Shown here: in pieces, positions 17,829-27,278 of the stretch
Layout: each line of letters opens with the position of its first letter
Numbering within the stretch: the stretch's first letter is position 1
Source of the DNA: a virus
Lineage: Duplodnaviria; Caudoviricetes
Direction: 5' to 3' (one strand)
Length of the DNA: 64,000 nucleotides
IMG/VR virus record: IMGVR_UViG_3300002220_000301
Span: 4,324-68,323 of that record
Notes under the pieces: model-generated
Seen by the model: the letters and a program-made list of their open reading frames with translations, nothing else
Told to the model about the DNA's origin: nothing
Databases searched by the model: none
Position numbers and translations under genes: made by a program

Positions 17829-18581
17829 TTATTCAAGTTTAAGTTTAGGTTGCATCTGCGACTCTTTTATGCGCCTCTCCGCAATGGCAAGGTAGGCTGG
17901 GTCGATCTCAATTCCAACAAAGTTTCTGCCTGTTTTAACGCAAGCAACAGCGGTCGTGCCACTGCCTAAAAATGGGTCGAGCACAGTACCGCCTACAAAC
18001 GACAGTAGTTTAATGCATCGCATCGGAAGGGACGTCGGAAATGGGGCTGGATGTTCTCTGTTTTTTTCTGGAGACAACTTCCAAACACCACTCGCCGATT
18101 CCATGAACTCATCTTTTTCTATGTCGGATTCGCCCTTCCCAATGTTCCAGTTCCCTTTGTGTAAAATCAATACACCTTCATAAGGGTTGTTAACATACGG
18201 AGCCGACGCAGAGAGCCATGATCCCCATGCGGTTCTTTTTGACAGTGTCGCGTCTTCCCAAATAGCAAGCCCGTGATGTTTATAGCCAATGGACTCTGCA
18301 ATTTCGTTGAGTTTGAAAAGTGGCGCATATCTCCTGCCTGCGGTTCCGCATGACAGGTAGTGGTTTAGCGCAAGCCTTCCGTTGTCCTTAAGCAGGCGAA
18401 ATATTTCAGACAGCCAGTCATTGCACCACTTAAAATATACATCTAAATCAAGATAGTCATCCCGACCATTATAGTCAATGCCTAAGTTATACGGCGGCGA
18501 TGTAACGCACAAGTCCACGCTCTTGTCTGGCATCGAGCGCATGACTTTCAGGCAGTCTCCAAGATACAGCTGAATTGTCAT
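17829..18581 (-). CDS. Beta-class N4-C/N6-A DNA methyltransferase
   Basis: VTSPPY, HPAPFP, LDPFLGSGTT. Confidence 0.92.
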   Translation of the reverse strand: MTIQLYLGDCLKVMRSMPDKSVDLCVTSPPYNLGIDYNGRDDYLDLDVYFKWCNDWLSEIFRLLKDNGRLALNHYLSCGTAGRRYAPLFKLNEIAESIGYKHHGLAIWEDATLSKRTAWGSWLSASAPYVNNPYEGVLILHKGNWNIGKGESDIEKDEFMESASGVWKLSPEKNREHPAPFPTSLPMRCIKLLSFVGGTVLDPFLGSGTTAVACVKTGRNFVGIEIDPAYLAIAERRIKESQMQPKLKLE

Positions 18582-19183
18582 GTGAACTCCAGCCCAAGCT
18601 GCATCTGCGCTTCAGCAATCCTGCGCTCCGCGATTGCAAAATAACCAGGATCAATTTCGTACCCGATAAAGTTTCTTCCCATTTGAACACATGCGATTGC
18701 AGTAGTCCCAGAGCCCATGAACGGATCGAGCACCGTCAGCGCATCTGCCGGCAGGTAATCAATGCAAAACTTCATTAGTTCAACTGGCTTTTGCGTAGGG
18801 TGTTCTTTGGCGTAACTTTTTACGTCCAGCCTCAGCATCTTTGCTGGTTTGTCCAGATTAGTCCATGCCTGCTCTACCATTGACGATGTAAACTTAAGGG
18901 GCTGGCATTTGTCCCAAACAATAAAACCTTTTGATGGTGGCAACGGAAAGTAGTTCCCGCCCCAAATAACTTGGTACCTTGAAACTCGAATTATTTCGGA
19001 CAGCGCCTCTTCTGTCATTGGGCGTTCATCCCAGTTTTGTTTGGCGAATTTTTGTCTGAACGGGTTAGACGATATACCTATTCCGTATGGCGGGTCTGTA
19101 ATTACGGCATCCACGCTTTTGTCTGGCATGGACTTTAGGGCTTCTAAGCAGTCCCCAAGGTGCAACTCAACAGTCGTTTTCAT
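18578..19183 (-). CDS. Beta-class DNA methyltransferase
   Basis: Start 19183 (MKTTVELHLGDC); ITDPPY, HPTQKP, LDPFMGSGTT. Confidence 0.92.
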   Translation of the reverse strand: MKTTVELHLGDCLEALKSMPDKSVDAVITDPPYGIGISSNPFRQKFAKQNWDERPMTEEALSEIIRVSRYQVIWGGNYFPLPPSKGFIVWDKCQPLKFTSSMVEQAWTNLDKPAKMLRLDVKSYAKEHPTQKPVELMKFCIDYLPADALTVLDPFMGSGTTAIACVQMGRNFIGYEIDPGYFAIAERRIAEAQMQLGLEFT

Positions 19184-19199
19184 TTTGTCGCGACTCCTG

Positions 19200-19652
19200 T
19201 TAAATGTCGCATTTTGCAAGCTCCTCGAGATATTCGATTGCCTCTTCGAGTGTGCTGAATATAATGTCAGCGGCTTCCTCAATAAACGCATGGCGATACA
19301 TTGAGCTGCCGTTGCTAACAAGGACAACATGCTTTCCGAGCAAATCTGCCCATGCCAGCTCGAACATGCACCCAATAGAGACGGCATCCCCCTTGCTGAG
19401 ATTTATTAGCACAACATCGCTCTGCTGAAGCATCCACTTGTCGCGCTTGTAAATCGCGTGCCCCGTAGCCGTCGGGTGCTGCGCGTAGCCACTCGCGTCC
19501 ATGCGCGATTCTCCTCGCAAGTAATGTTTAGCGCTCATAGGCGAATACGGTTTTAGTCCGCACATCCGCAGCTTTTTTTCAATAGAGTCGTAATAGTCAA
19601 AAACCTCTTCTGACGTCAACCCACTTATTGGACTTGCTATATAGACTTTCAT
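19200..19652 (-). CDS. Nucleoside 2-deoxyribosyltransferase-like protein
   Basis: KVYIASPI, RDKWMLQQSDVVL, SIGCMFELAWA. Confidence 0.85.
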   Translation of the reverse strand: MKVYIASPISGLTSEEVFDYYDSIEKKLRMCGLKPYSPMSAKHYLRGESRMDASGYAQHPTATGHAIYKRDKWMLQQSDVVLINLSKGDAVSIGCMFELAWADLLGKHVVLVSNGSSMYRHAFIEEAADIIFSTLEEAIEYLEELAKCDI

Positions 19653-19679
19653 TTTTTTTGCCTCCTGTGATACAATCCT

Positions 19680-19708
19680 ATTGTACAATATTTTACAAAA
19701 AAATGCAA
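19680..19708 (-). promoter_or_regulatory. sigma70 promoter
   Basis: TTGCAT-17 bp-TACAAT. Confidence 0.65.
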
Positions 19709-19823
19709 GTCATTTTTGTTTGAATCACTGCAAAAACACAGCAAATTGCCAAAGCTAAAAAAAGCACGACACGGAAATGGTAAAATAGTACTATTGTTAA
19801 GCTCAAGCATTGAGAGGAGTGCT

Positions 19824-20177
19824 ATGCCAAAATTACTGCCAGAAACGATTAAAGAAAAAAATAAAATAATCTGGGACAACATAAGAGAAGAAGACGATCT
19901 CAATCGTGCCAAGAACATGATTGCAAAGGGAAGCGAAGAGGCAATCGCGGACATTTACAATCAAATGACATCTATTTGCTCTGATGCAGCAAGTGTAAGC
20001 AAGGCCGTGTTTGGCAATGGGGACCCATCTGAAAGTCTGGTCGCACGCCTTAAGGTTGTTGAGACTGACATGAAAAAGCAAAAAGAGAACTTTAACAAGT
20101 TAGCATGGGCAGTTATTACTCCACTTGTTATTGCGATTGTTTGGCAACTTGTTAAATTAATCGCTGCTTCACAGTAG
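19824..20177 (+). CDS. Membrane protein, holin/antiholin-like
   Basis: SD GAGGAG; coiled coil then single C-terminal TM. Confidence 0.5.
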   Translation: MPKLLPETIKEKNKIIWDNIREEDDLNRAKNMIAKGSEEAIADIYNQMTSICSDAASVSKAVFGNGDPSESLVARLKVVETDMKKQKENFNKLAWAVITPLVIAIVWQLVKLIAASQ

Positions 20178-20197
20178 CGGGAAAGGAGGAAGTGAAC

Positions 20198-20536
20198 ATG
20201 GATTTTCTTGGAGACATTCTTGCTATTATCGGAATCCTTGCGGCTTCCGGAGCACTTGTATCAATGATTGTAAGCGTTCTGAAGCTGGCAGGAATAATCA
20301 AAGATGGAGACTCCGGCAAGGCCGCTAAAATCATCGACCTTGTACTTTTCGTGGTCGTAGCCGTCATCTATTTTCTCAAAATCGAAGTCAACTGGAGCAC
20401 AGTCAATGCCTATTTCATTCTCGCAGCCTATGTACTCGGATTAGTTGTACAAATATTCTCAAGCGAAGTTGCGTACAAGGCTCTTAAGGGCACGCCAGTT
20501 ATCGGATATACATTCAGCGACAAGCCTAAGGGCTAA
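20198..20536 (+). CDS. Putative holin (three TM)
   Basis: SD AAGGAGG; three hydrophobic segments, charged C-terminus. Confidence 0.55.
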   Translation: MDFLGDILAIIGILAASGALVSMIVSVLKLAGIIKDGDSGKAAKIIDLVLFVVVAVIYFLKIEVNWSTVNAYFILAAYVLGLVVQIFSSEVAYKALKGTPVIGYTFSDKPKG

Positions 20537-20551
20537 ATATATTACAGAAAG

Positions 20552-20584
20552 AATAAAACGCCACTGATAAAGTGGCGTTTTATT
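20552..20584. terminator. Bidirectional intrinsic terminator
   Basis: AATAAAACGCCACT-5 nt-AGTGGCGTTTTATT. Confidence 0.85.
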
Positions 20585-20748
20585 TTGGAAGGACAGAGGG
20601 GCTTCGCGTGAGCTTTTGGCATAACGCGGACAGTGAAGAGTCTTGCGAAGCCCTTGTCCAGCAGGAAGGGAGGCGCAAAATGTGTTTGCCTTCTTATTAT
20701 AACACATTTGTTACATAATTTTATGCACTTTTGTGGTATGATATATGC

Positions 20749-21393
20749 ATGGCCAAAACTTCACCAGAAAACATATCGGTTATTAATCGCAGAAACTACG
20801 CCACTGAACTCAGGGTTCGCGGATATACTTATCGAAAGATTGCTGATGAACTTCATCGCGCAGCTGCTGCTGGGGAAAAAGAATATAACATCTGGGCTGG
20901 ATACAATGAGCGGGATGCGTGGCGCGATGTTCGCGCGGAGCTTGACAACACCATTAAAGAGACAAGGGAAACAACAGAAGAGTTCATTGCGCTTGAGCTC
21001 AGCCGCCTTGACCTTGTAACAAAAGCCGTCTACGATATCCTTGAAGACGAAGAGGCGTCCCCAAAAATAAGACTTGCGGCAATGGACAGGTTGCTGAAAT
21101 CACAGGAACGGCGGGCAAAGCTTTTAGGGCTTGACATGCCAACAACCGTAAAGACAATAGACTGGCGCTCCGAGATCATAGCGCTCATTGTTGCAGGGCA
21201 AATAACCATCGAGCAGGTGAGAAAGGAGCTGCCGGAATTTGCAGATGAAATCGTTGCAGGAATACCTCAGTACGGACGCGATAACGCAATTGAAGTTAGA
21301 GAAATTGAAGCAGGAAGCTGGGCAGTTCAAGATGAGGAGCTGGCCGAAGAACCACCTTCACGGCGCAAATCTTCAGCCAGTACCATATCATAA
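20749..21393 (+). CDS. terS: Terminase small subunit
   Basis: N-terminal HTH (ELRVRGYTYRKIA), LELSRLD, ERRAKLLGLD; directly upstream of TerL. Confidence 0.8.
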   Translation: MAKTSPENISVINRRNYATELRVRGYTYRKIADELHRAAAAGEKEYNIWAGYNERDAWRDVRAELDNTIKETRETTEEFIALELSRLDLVTKAVYDILEDEEASPKIRLAAMDRLLKSQERRAKLLGLDMPTTVKTIDWRSEIIALIVAGQITIEQVRKELPEFADEIVAGIPQYGRDNAIEVREIEAGSWAVQDEELAEEPPSRRKSSASTIS

Positions 21394-23596
21394 GGGACAA
21401 CTTTTATGCGCAGAAAGTGACAGGCGTTATGTCGTCATGGCTGCGGGAACGCAGGGCGGCAAGGATGTGGCGCTTGAAACACTGGTCGCCACTCCGAGCG
21501 GAATGCGTTATATGCGAGAACTTCAGGTCGGCGATGAAGTTTATACCCGCGACGGAAAGTCGACAGAAATTACATACGTATCTCCAATATTCACCGACCA
21601 CGATTGTTATAAAATAACATTTAATGATGGCGCAGAAGTCATCGCGGGAAAGGATCACCAGTGGCTTGTAAGAAACGCAAAAACGGGGGACAGGCTAACT
21701 GGCGAAATTGTCGCAAGAACGGAGGAGCTGTACGCAGGAATGCTGGACGGGCTTTCGTGGTCTGTCGATGTAGCAGAGCCAGTCGCTGGTTCAGACGACG
21801 CACGGCTTTTAATTCATCCGTATATACTCGGAAAGTGGCTTGGAGATTACAATGATTCTTCCGGAGAGCACTTCAAAAGGATACTGCAGGAAGACATGCG
21901 CAAGCTCGACCTTGTTCAAAATAAGCACATTCCAGAGATTTATTTCTGCGCAAAGCCCGCGATGAGAAGGAGTTTACTCGCCGGTATTCTTGACAAAAAC
22001 GCTGTCGCGATGCCGAATGGAGAGGTTGTAATAGACACGCTCAACGAGAGACTTGCGTCTGACATTGCCCGACTCGCAAGTTCAGTTGGAGCAATAGCTC
22101 GCATCGAGACAAGGGCTGTGTATAAATTTCTTATATTCAGGCAGGTTGGATTTTCGTATCGCGTTATTATCACTGCCCCCCAGCCGGTCGCCTATAAACA
22201 ATACTCCGAACTCTTTCGCTGCACATCGGAAAGGTTTGCCGGTAAAAGGGTGATCTCAAAGATCGTTCCGGTGGACTCCGTACCAACAAAGTGCATCGCG
22301 GTGAGCGATCCGAGCCATTCATATCTTATAACAAACAGCTATATCATAACTCACAACACCACATTTGGCCCGCACTGGCTGTACGACGAAATTTACGACC
22401 CAGTAAACGGAAAGGGACGTGGGGATTATCTGGCAGTCACCGCAACATACGACTTGTTCAAGCTCAAAATGCTTCCGTCCATATTGGATGTACTCGAAGG
22501 AATTTATGGAATCGGAAGATATTGGTCTGGTATGAAAGTTATAGAGCTTAGAAACCCAGAGACAGGCGAGTATATGGCAAAGCGCGCGGACGACTCTATG
22601 TGGGGGCGGGTTATCCTTCGCTCGGCGGACGCGCTTGCTGGGCTGGAGTCCTCTACTGCCGCCGCCGCATGGCTCGACGAGGTTGGGCAGGATGCGTTTA
22701 CAAACAATGCTTACAATGCTATCAGAAGGCGGCTTGCTCTTAGGCGCGGTCGCATATTGATGACTACTACGCTGTATTCCTACAACTGGTTTTTGACGCG
22801 TATCGTTAAGCCGACTCTCGCTACTGGCACAACTGAATTTATTTATTCAGAGATAGGAGACATTGATTACACGGAATCAGAAGAAACCAATACGACCCTG
22901 GTGCAGTTTGACTCTACCATCAACCCGCTCTTTTCTCGAGAGGAATTTTCGGAGGCCCAGAACTCGCTTTCAGAAGAAGAGTTTAGCATGTTTTATCGCG
23001 GACGAGAAACAACTCGCAGATTCTTGATTTATAATAATTTTGAATCCGAAAAGCACACTACGAAGCGTTTTCACATCCCAGAAACATGGGCGCGATATGT
23101 TGGCGTTGACTTTGGCGGAACGCATATGGCAGCGATGTTCTACGCGGAAGAGCCAGAAACGAAAAAGCTGTATGCGTACAGGGAATATCTCGCTGGCAAC
23201 AAGACTATAAAACAGCATGTGGCAGACATCCTGTCTGGCGAGCCAACGATCCCAGTCTGTTATGGCGGAGCCGGCAGCGAAGGCCAATGGCGAACCGAGT
23301 TTGCGCAAGCAGGACTCCAGATAAACAAGCCAAGTGTTAGCGATGTGGATGTTGGCATTGCCCGTGTTTACGCGCAGCACGCAGTCGATGGTATAATTTA
23401 TTTCGATGATTTATCAAAGATTATAGAAGAGAAAAGCTCGTATCGCCGAAAGCGACTTCCAAATGGAGATTATTCCGACGAGATTATGAACAAAGAAACG
23501 TATCACATGCTTGACTGTGAACGATATATTATATCTGAAATTAGACAAATGGACAATATGCGCATGAAAATACGCAGACTAAGTTTGCGCAGATAA
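21239..23596 (+). CDS. terL: Terminase large subunit with intein (start uncertain: 21242 or 21332)
   Basis: Walker A AGTQGGK|TT interrupted by intein; Walker B WLDE; nuclease GVDFG ... HMLDCERY. Confidence 0.93.
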   Translation: MQMKSLQEYLSTDAITQLKLEKLKQEAGQFKMRSWPKNHLHGANLQPVPYHKGQLLCAESDRRYVVMAAGTQGGKDVALETLVATPSGMRYMRELQVGDEVYTRDGKSTEITYVSPIFTDHDCYKITFNDGAEVIAGKDHQWLVRNAKTGDRLTGEIVARTEELYAGMLDGLSWSVDVAEPVAGSDDARLLIHPYILGKWLGDYNDSSGEHFKRILQEDMRKLDLVQNKHIPEIYFCAKPAMRRSLLAGILDKNAVAMPNGEVVIDTLNERLASDIARLASSVGAIARIETRAVYKFLIFRQVGFSYRVIITAPQPVAYKQYSELFRCTSERFAGKRVISKIVPVDSVPTKCIAVSDPSHSYLITNSYIITHNTTFGPHWLYDEIYDPVNGKGRGDYLAVTATYDLFKLKMLPSILDVLEGIYGIGRYWSGMKVIELRNPETGEYMAKRADDSMWGRVILRSADALAGLESSTAAAAWLDEVGQDAFTNNAYNAIRRRLALRRGRILMTTTLYSYNWFLTRIVKPTLATGTTEFIYSEIGDIDYTESEETNTTLVQFDSTINPLFSREEFSEAQNSLSEEEFSMFYRGRETTRRFLIYNNFESEKHTTKRFHIPETWARYVGVDFGGTHMAAMFYAEEPETKKLYAYREYLAGNKTIKQHVADILSGEPTIPVCYGGAGSEGQWRTEFAQAGLQINKPSVSDVDVGIARVYAQHAVDGIIYFDDLSKIIEEKSSYRRKRLPNGDYSDEIMNKETYHMLDCERYIISEIRQMDNMRMKIRRLSLRR
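21464..22357 (+). mobile_element. Class 3 intein (298 aa) with degenerate LAGLIDADG endonuclease
   Basis: Starts DVALETLVATPSG, block B HQW, block F TKCIAV, ends ITHN before Thr; LAGLIDADG remnants LGKWLGDY and LLAGILDKN. Confidence 0.88.
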
Positions 23597-23604
23597 GGAG
23601 AGTA

Positions 23605-25353
23605 ATGGCAGCGAGAAGTAAAAACAATAATTTGCAGGCAGCTATTGACAGCAGTGTCAGGCAGGAGGTAAAGGAAGACATCGATGGCGGTGGCTCTCTC
23701 TTGCTTATGCTCGCTGGGCAAAATGGTGCGATAGCTCCATGGTGGAGCGCCAGAAGGGATGTGCAGCTTAGGGAACTTCTGAAAAAGTCCGATCATCTTT
23801 CTGGAGCAATGTACAACCTTAGTACAAAGATTGCCGCGATTCCATTGAAAATAATTCCAAAGGACAGGTCAATTCGGCAGCACGTCATTCTTGCCGAAGA
23901 GTACACAGATTATTTTAGGAACTACTCTGAGTTCGGCGCCGGGTGGGAACATTTTGTTAGCAAGTGGGTGGAAGACTATCACTCACAAGACAATGGTGCG
24001 TTTGTGGAATTTATCGCGGATGGAGCTCCCGACACTCCAGTAAGCGGTATGATATATTCTATTAATGTACTGGACGCCGCTCAGTGCACGCGAACATCGA
24101 ACCCCGAGTTTCCGGTAGTTTATACAGACAAATATGGCAAGCGGTACAAAATGCACTATACGCGTGTGGCTGCTATTTCGCAGTCTCCGTCACCAAGATA
24201 CGACATGAACAATGTTGGTTTTTCGGCTGTGTCGCGGTGCATTACGACTGCGCAAAACCTTTTGGATATCGCCGTGTACAAACAGGAGCGCATGGGAAGC
24301 AGGCCGTCGCAAGGCATTTTGATTACTGGTGGCGGACTCGACCCAGACGACCTCGAGACGGCCATGACAACTGGAAGGCTGAACGACGACGAGTCTGGAC
24401 TTTCTCGGTACAGCACTTACACGGTTGTCGGAAACAAGAACTACCTTGACCCGAAGCTGACGCAAATTCGCTTAAACGAAGCCCCGGAATGGTTTGATGA
24501 AAAAGAGTCCACCATTCTCGGGATGGCCGTCATCGCCATGGCTTTTGGCGTAGACGCGCGTGAACTGTTCCCAAGTATAGATGCGGGCTCATCCAAGGCC
24601 GAGGCCATTATTACGCACATTAAACAGCGAGGCAAAGGGCCGGGGCACATTATCGCCGTGCTCGAGCACATGATTAATACAAAGGTTTTGCCGGATTATC
24701 TTAAGGCAGAGTTTGACTTTCAGGATGATTCTCAGGACAGACAGAGCGCTGAAATAGGGAGCGTTCGGTCTTATACGCGAGTCAGAAATATACAGGCAGG
24801 CGTTACGGACGCGCGCGTAGAACGGCAGCTAATGCTTGAGCGTGGGGAAATTACACAGGCACAGTTTGAAGAGCTCGAGCTTGTGGACGGACGGCTTGAC
24901 ACAGGAGTGAGTGTCGAGGTTTTGTTCTACAGCGAAGATGAAGATTACAAAAAATGGCTTGGCGACTGCACCGAAGAGAACGCCGACGAAAAGAAGATAG
25001 AAATTATGAAGTTTCTTGTCAGTACAAGGGCCGCGGAGCCGATTCGCAAGGCGCGCCGCGCAATTGCAGCTATCGAATGGAGATTTCCGCCAGCAACAGA
25101 GTTGGATGTCAACGAAAAACTTCCAAGAGACTCTGATGGCGATGGAATGGTTTATGATGGCACTCCGCGTGAGCGCCAAGTTTCTACCCCAAATCGCAGG
25201 AGAGGCGCCCAGGGGCCGTCGGACAGCGAGTCCGTGATGCCAGACGAGTCATATGCGGACAATGAAAGTGTTGGAAGGCGCCTTCCAAAGCCTCTTGTAA
25301 ATGCGACAGATGAGACCAGGCTTTATCAGGACCGAGAGGCAGGAAAGCTCTAA
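23605..25353 (+). CDS. Portal protein
   Basis: Follows TerL; size and composition typical; AMAFGVDARELF segment. Confidence 0.8.
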   Translation: MAARSKNNNLQAAIDSSVRQEVKEDIDGGGSLLLMLAGQNGAIAPWWSARRDVQLRELLKKSDHLSGAMYNLSTKIAAIPLKIIPKDRSIRQHVILAEEYTDYFRNYSEFGAGWEHFVSKWVEDYHSQDNGAFVEFIADGAPDTPVSGMIYSINVLDAAQCTRTSNPEFPVVYTDKYGKRYKMHYTRVAAISQSPSPRYDMNNVGFSAVSRCITTAQNLLDIAVYKQERMGSRPSQGILITGGGLDPDDLETAMTTGRLNDDESGLSRYSTYTVVGNKNYLDPKLTQIRLNEAPEWFDEKESTILGMAVIAMAFGVDARELFPSIDAGSSKAEAIITHIKQRGKGPGHIIAVLEHMINTKVLPDYLKAEFDFQDDSQDRQSAEIGSVRSYTRVRNIQAGVTDARVERQLMLERGEITQAQFEELELVDGRLDTGVSVEVLFYSEDEDYKKWLGDCTEENADEKKIEIMKFLVSTRAAEPIRKARRAIAAIEWRFPPATELDVNEKLPRDSDGDGMVYDGTPRERQVSTPNRRRGAQGPSDSESVMPDESYADNESVGRRLPKPLVNATDETRLYQDREAGKL

Positions 25354-25890
25354 ATGGCAGGAATTTATTATCGCTTCAGAATGACTGGGATGGACAAGAC
25401 GCTTAATCAGCTTTGGCCGCATGTATTTCTGCCTACATCGCGAACAGTCGGGACTATCATGGTCAACAGAATAGAGTTAAGGTCAGAAGGTCTTGTAAAA
25501 AAAGTTGGCAAGATGATGGAGCGGGACCTAAAGAGCGCGACAAGAACATGGAACCACAAAGTGGACTTCTATGTAAAAAGCAGAATAAGTGCAAAAAGCA
25601 TAACTGTCAGCATTTATTCAGACGATGTTGTCTTTGGGTTTGTAGAGAAGGGAACTAAGGTTCGTCACGCCGCAATGACGAGAAACTTTGTTCCAAAAAC
25701 AGCCCCTGGCTGGCTCGGCTCGCGCAAGGGGAGTGGTGGGGTCGCGTACATAAGCCCTAATATAACGAGGCCAGGAATTGAGGCCAGAAATTTTTATAAA
25801 ACGACAGCGAGCAAACACAGAAAAATGTTTGTTGGAGAAATGCGAAAACTAATTCACGATGAACTTAGAATGGTAGGACTACGGAAATGA
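25354..25890 (+). CDS. Virion morphogenesis protein (HK97 gp10-like)
   Basis: Basic 178 aa; FVEKGT, RPGIEARNF. Confidence 0.55.
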   Translation: MAGIYYRFRMTGMDKTLNQLWPHVFLPTSRTVGTIMVNRIELRSEGLVKKVGKMMERDLKSATRTWNHKVDFYVKSRISAKSITVSIYSDDVVFGFVEKGTKVRHAAMTRNFVPKTAPGWLGSRKGSGGVAYISPNITRPGIEARNFYKTTASKHRKMFVGEMRKLIHDELRMVGLRK

Positions 25891-26120
25891 ACAACGAAAA
25901 GTTACCTGAAGACATAAATATAGAATGGCTGAGCGTAATTCGACGGCTGCAGAGCGTAGCGAAGTCAAGTGGGCTGTCTGTAATATCCATTGCTATTTTG
26001 GTAGACCCAGACGGAAAGCCAGTGTCATGGACGGCCCCAGATAAAATATTACTTGAGCCTAAAAGCATATCTGGCGCGCTTCTTGCGCTTGCTCTTCAGG
26101 GAGAGAATGCATTGAAATAA
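25887..26120 (+). CDS. Hypothetical protein
   Basis: 77 aa, overlapping upstream stop. Confidence 0.65.
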   Translation: MNNEKLPEDINIEWLSVIRRLQSVAKSSGLSVISIAILVDPDGKPVSWTAPDKILLEPKSISGALLALALQGENALK

Positions 26121-26129
26121 GGAGACGAG

Positions 26130-27260
26130 ATGAACATAAAAGATATTTTCAAAAGTGGTGCAGACAGACAAAATGGCAATTTGCCAATTACGCTGTGGAA
26201 GGACAAGGCGACCGGCAAGACGCGCTGGCTTGCGGCGTATTCTTCTAACTATTTAGATGACGACTATCCAAGTGATATTTTGTCAAAAAGTGCGCATCTG
26301 AACTTCATAGACAAAGTCCAAAATAAAGAGCTCCCGTATCCGGAGCTGTGGTTATGGCACCTCAAGGGCACAGCCATTGGCGAGGCAGATTATCTTTTCT
26401 ATGACGACGAGAATGGCATCGCAATGGCAACGGGATTTTTCTACGATGGCACAGACAGAATAGTTAAAAACATTTCAAGGATGAATACAAAACTTGGAAC
26501 ATCTCATGGAATGACATTTGTAAAGCGCAATGAAAATGATGAAAAAGTTATAGATGAGTATGTTACAATAGAAATAAGTATTCTACCGCTGGTGGCGGCG
26601 GCAAATAAAATGACGAGTATTTATATACTTGACAAGGAGAAAAATATGATGTCAACAGAGCAAAAAGACTTTCTCAAAAACTCTGGCATGTCAGATGATG
26701 AAATTGCTGCAGTTGAATCCCGCAACAAACAAATGGCGGATGAGAATTCTTTGCGCGAGCGTAAGAGCATTGACGAACCAAAAGACGAAAGCGAAAGTGT
26801 TGAGACCAAAGAGTCTGGGGCCGATTCCGTAGAGCCTAAAGCGGAAGAGTCGACCGAATCAACGGTCGAGGAAACAAAAGAAGAGACTGTCGACGAGGAC
26901 GCGCAGGCGGTAACGGTTGGGCAACTGAAGTCGACTATCGAATATCTTACAAGTGTTGTGACAGAACGCTTGGACAACATGGAAAAAGCACTTGCTAAAT
27001 CGGTTGATGAGTTGACTACAAAAAGTAAGCAACTCGAGAAATCGCTCAATGAAAAATCACTTACACCTGGAAACACATTAAGTTCGATTATCGGAAAAAG
27101 CCTTATTGATAAGAGCATTTCCAGGTCGCCTTATGATGCCCAGACGCTCGAAAAGAACGATCCACTCTACAACGACGCTCCAGTCGAGACGCCTCCAGCG
27201 CCAGAAGGCGAATTTAGCTTGCGAAGCGTTATCAAAAAAATTACTGGCGAGACAAACTGA
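26130..27260 (+). CDS. Prohead protease-scaffold fusion
   Basis: N-terminal protease-like domain (LWLWH, GTSHG, EISIL..AAN), acidic coiled-coil C-terminus; precedes capsid gene. Confidence 0.75.
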   Translation: MNIKDIFKSGADRQNGNLPITLWKDKATGKTRWLAAYSSNYLDDDYPSDILSKSAHLNFIDKVQNKELPYPELWLWHLKGTAIGEADYLFYDDENGIAMATGFFYDGTDRIVKNISRMNTKLGTSHGMTFVKRNENDEKVIDEYVTIEISILPLVAAANKMTSIYILDKEKNMMSTEQKDFLKNSGMSDDEIAAVESRNKQMADENSLRERKSIDEPKDESESVETKESGADSVEPKAEESTESTVEETKEETVDEDAQAVTVGQLKSTIEYLTSVVTERLDNMEKALAKSVDELTTKSKQLEKSLNEKSLTPGNTLSSIIGKSLIDKSISRSPYDAQTLEKNDPLYNDAPVETPPAPEGEFSLRSVIKKITGETN

Positions 27261-27278
27261 TAAGGAGTATATTAGAAA

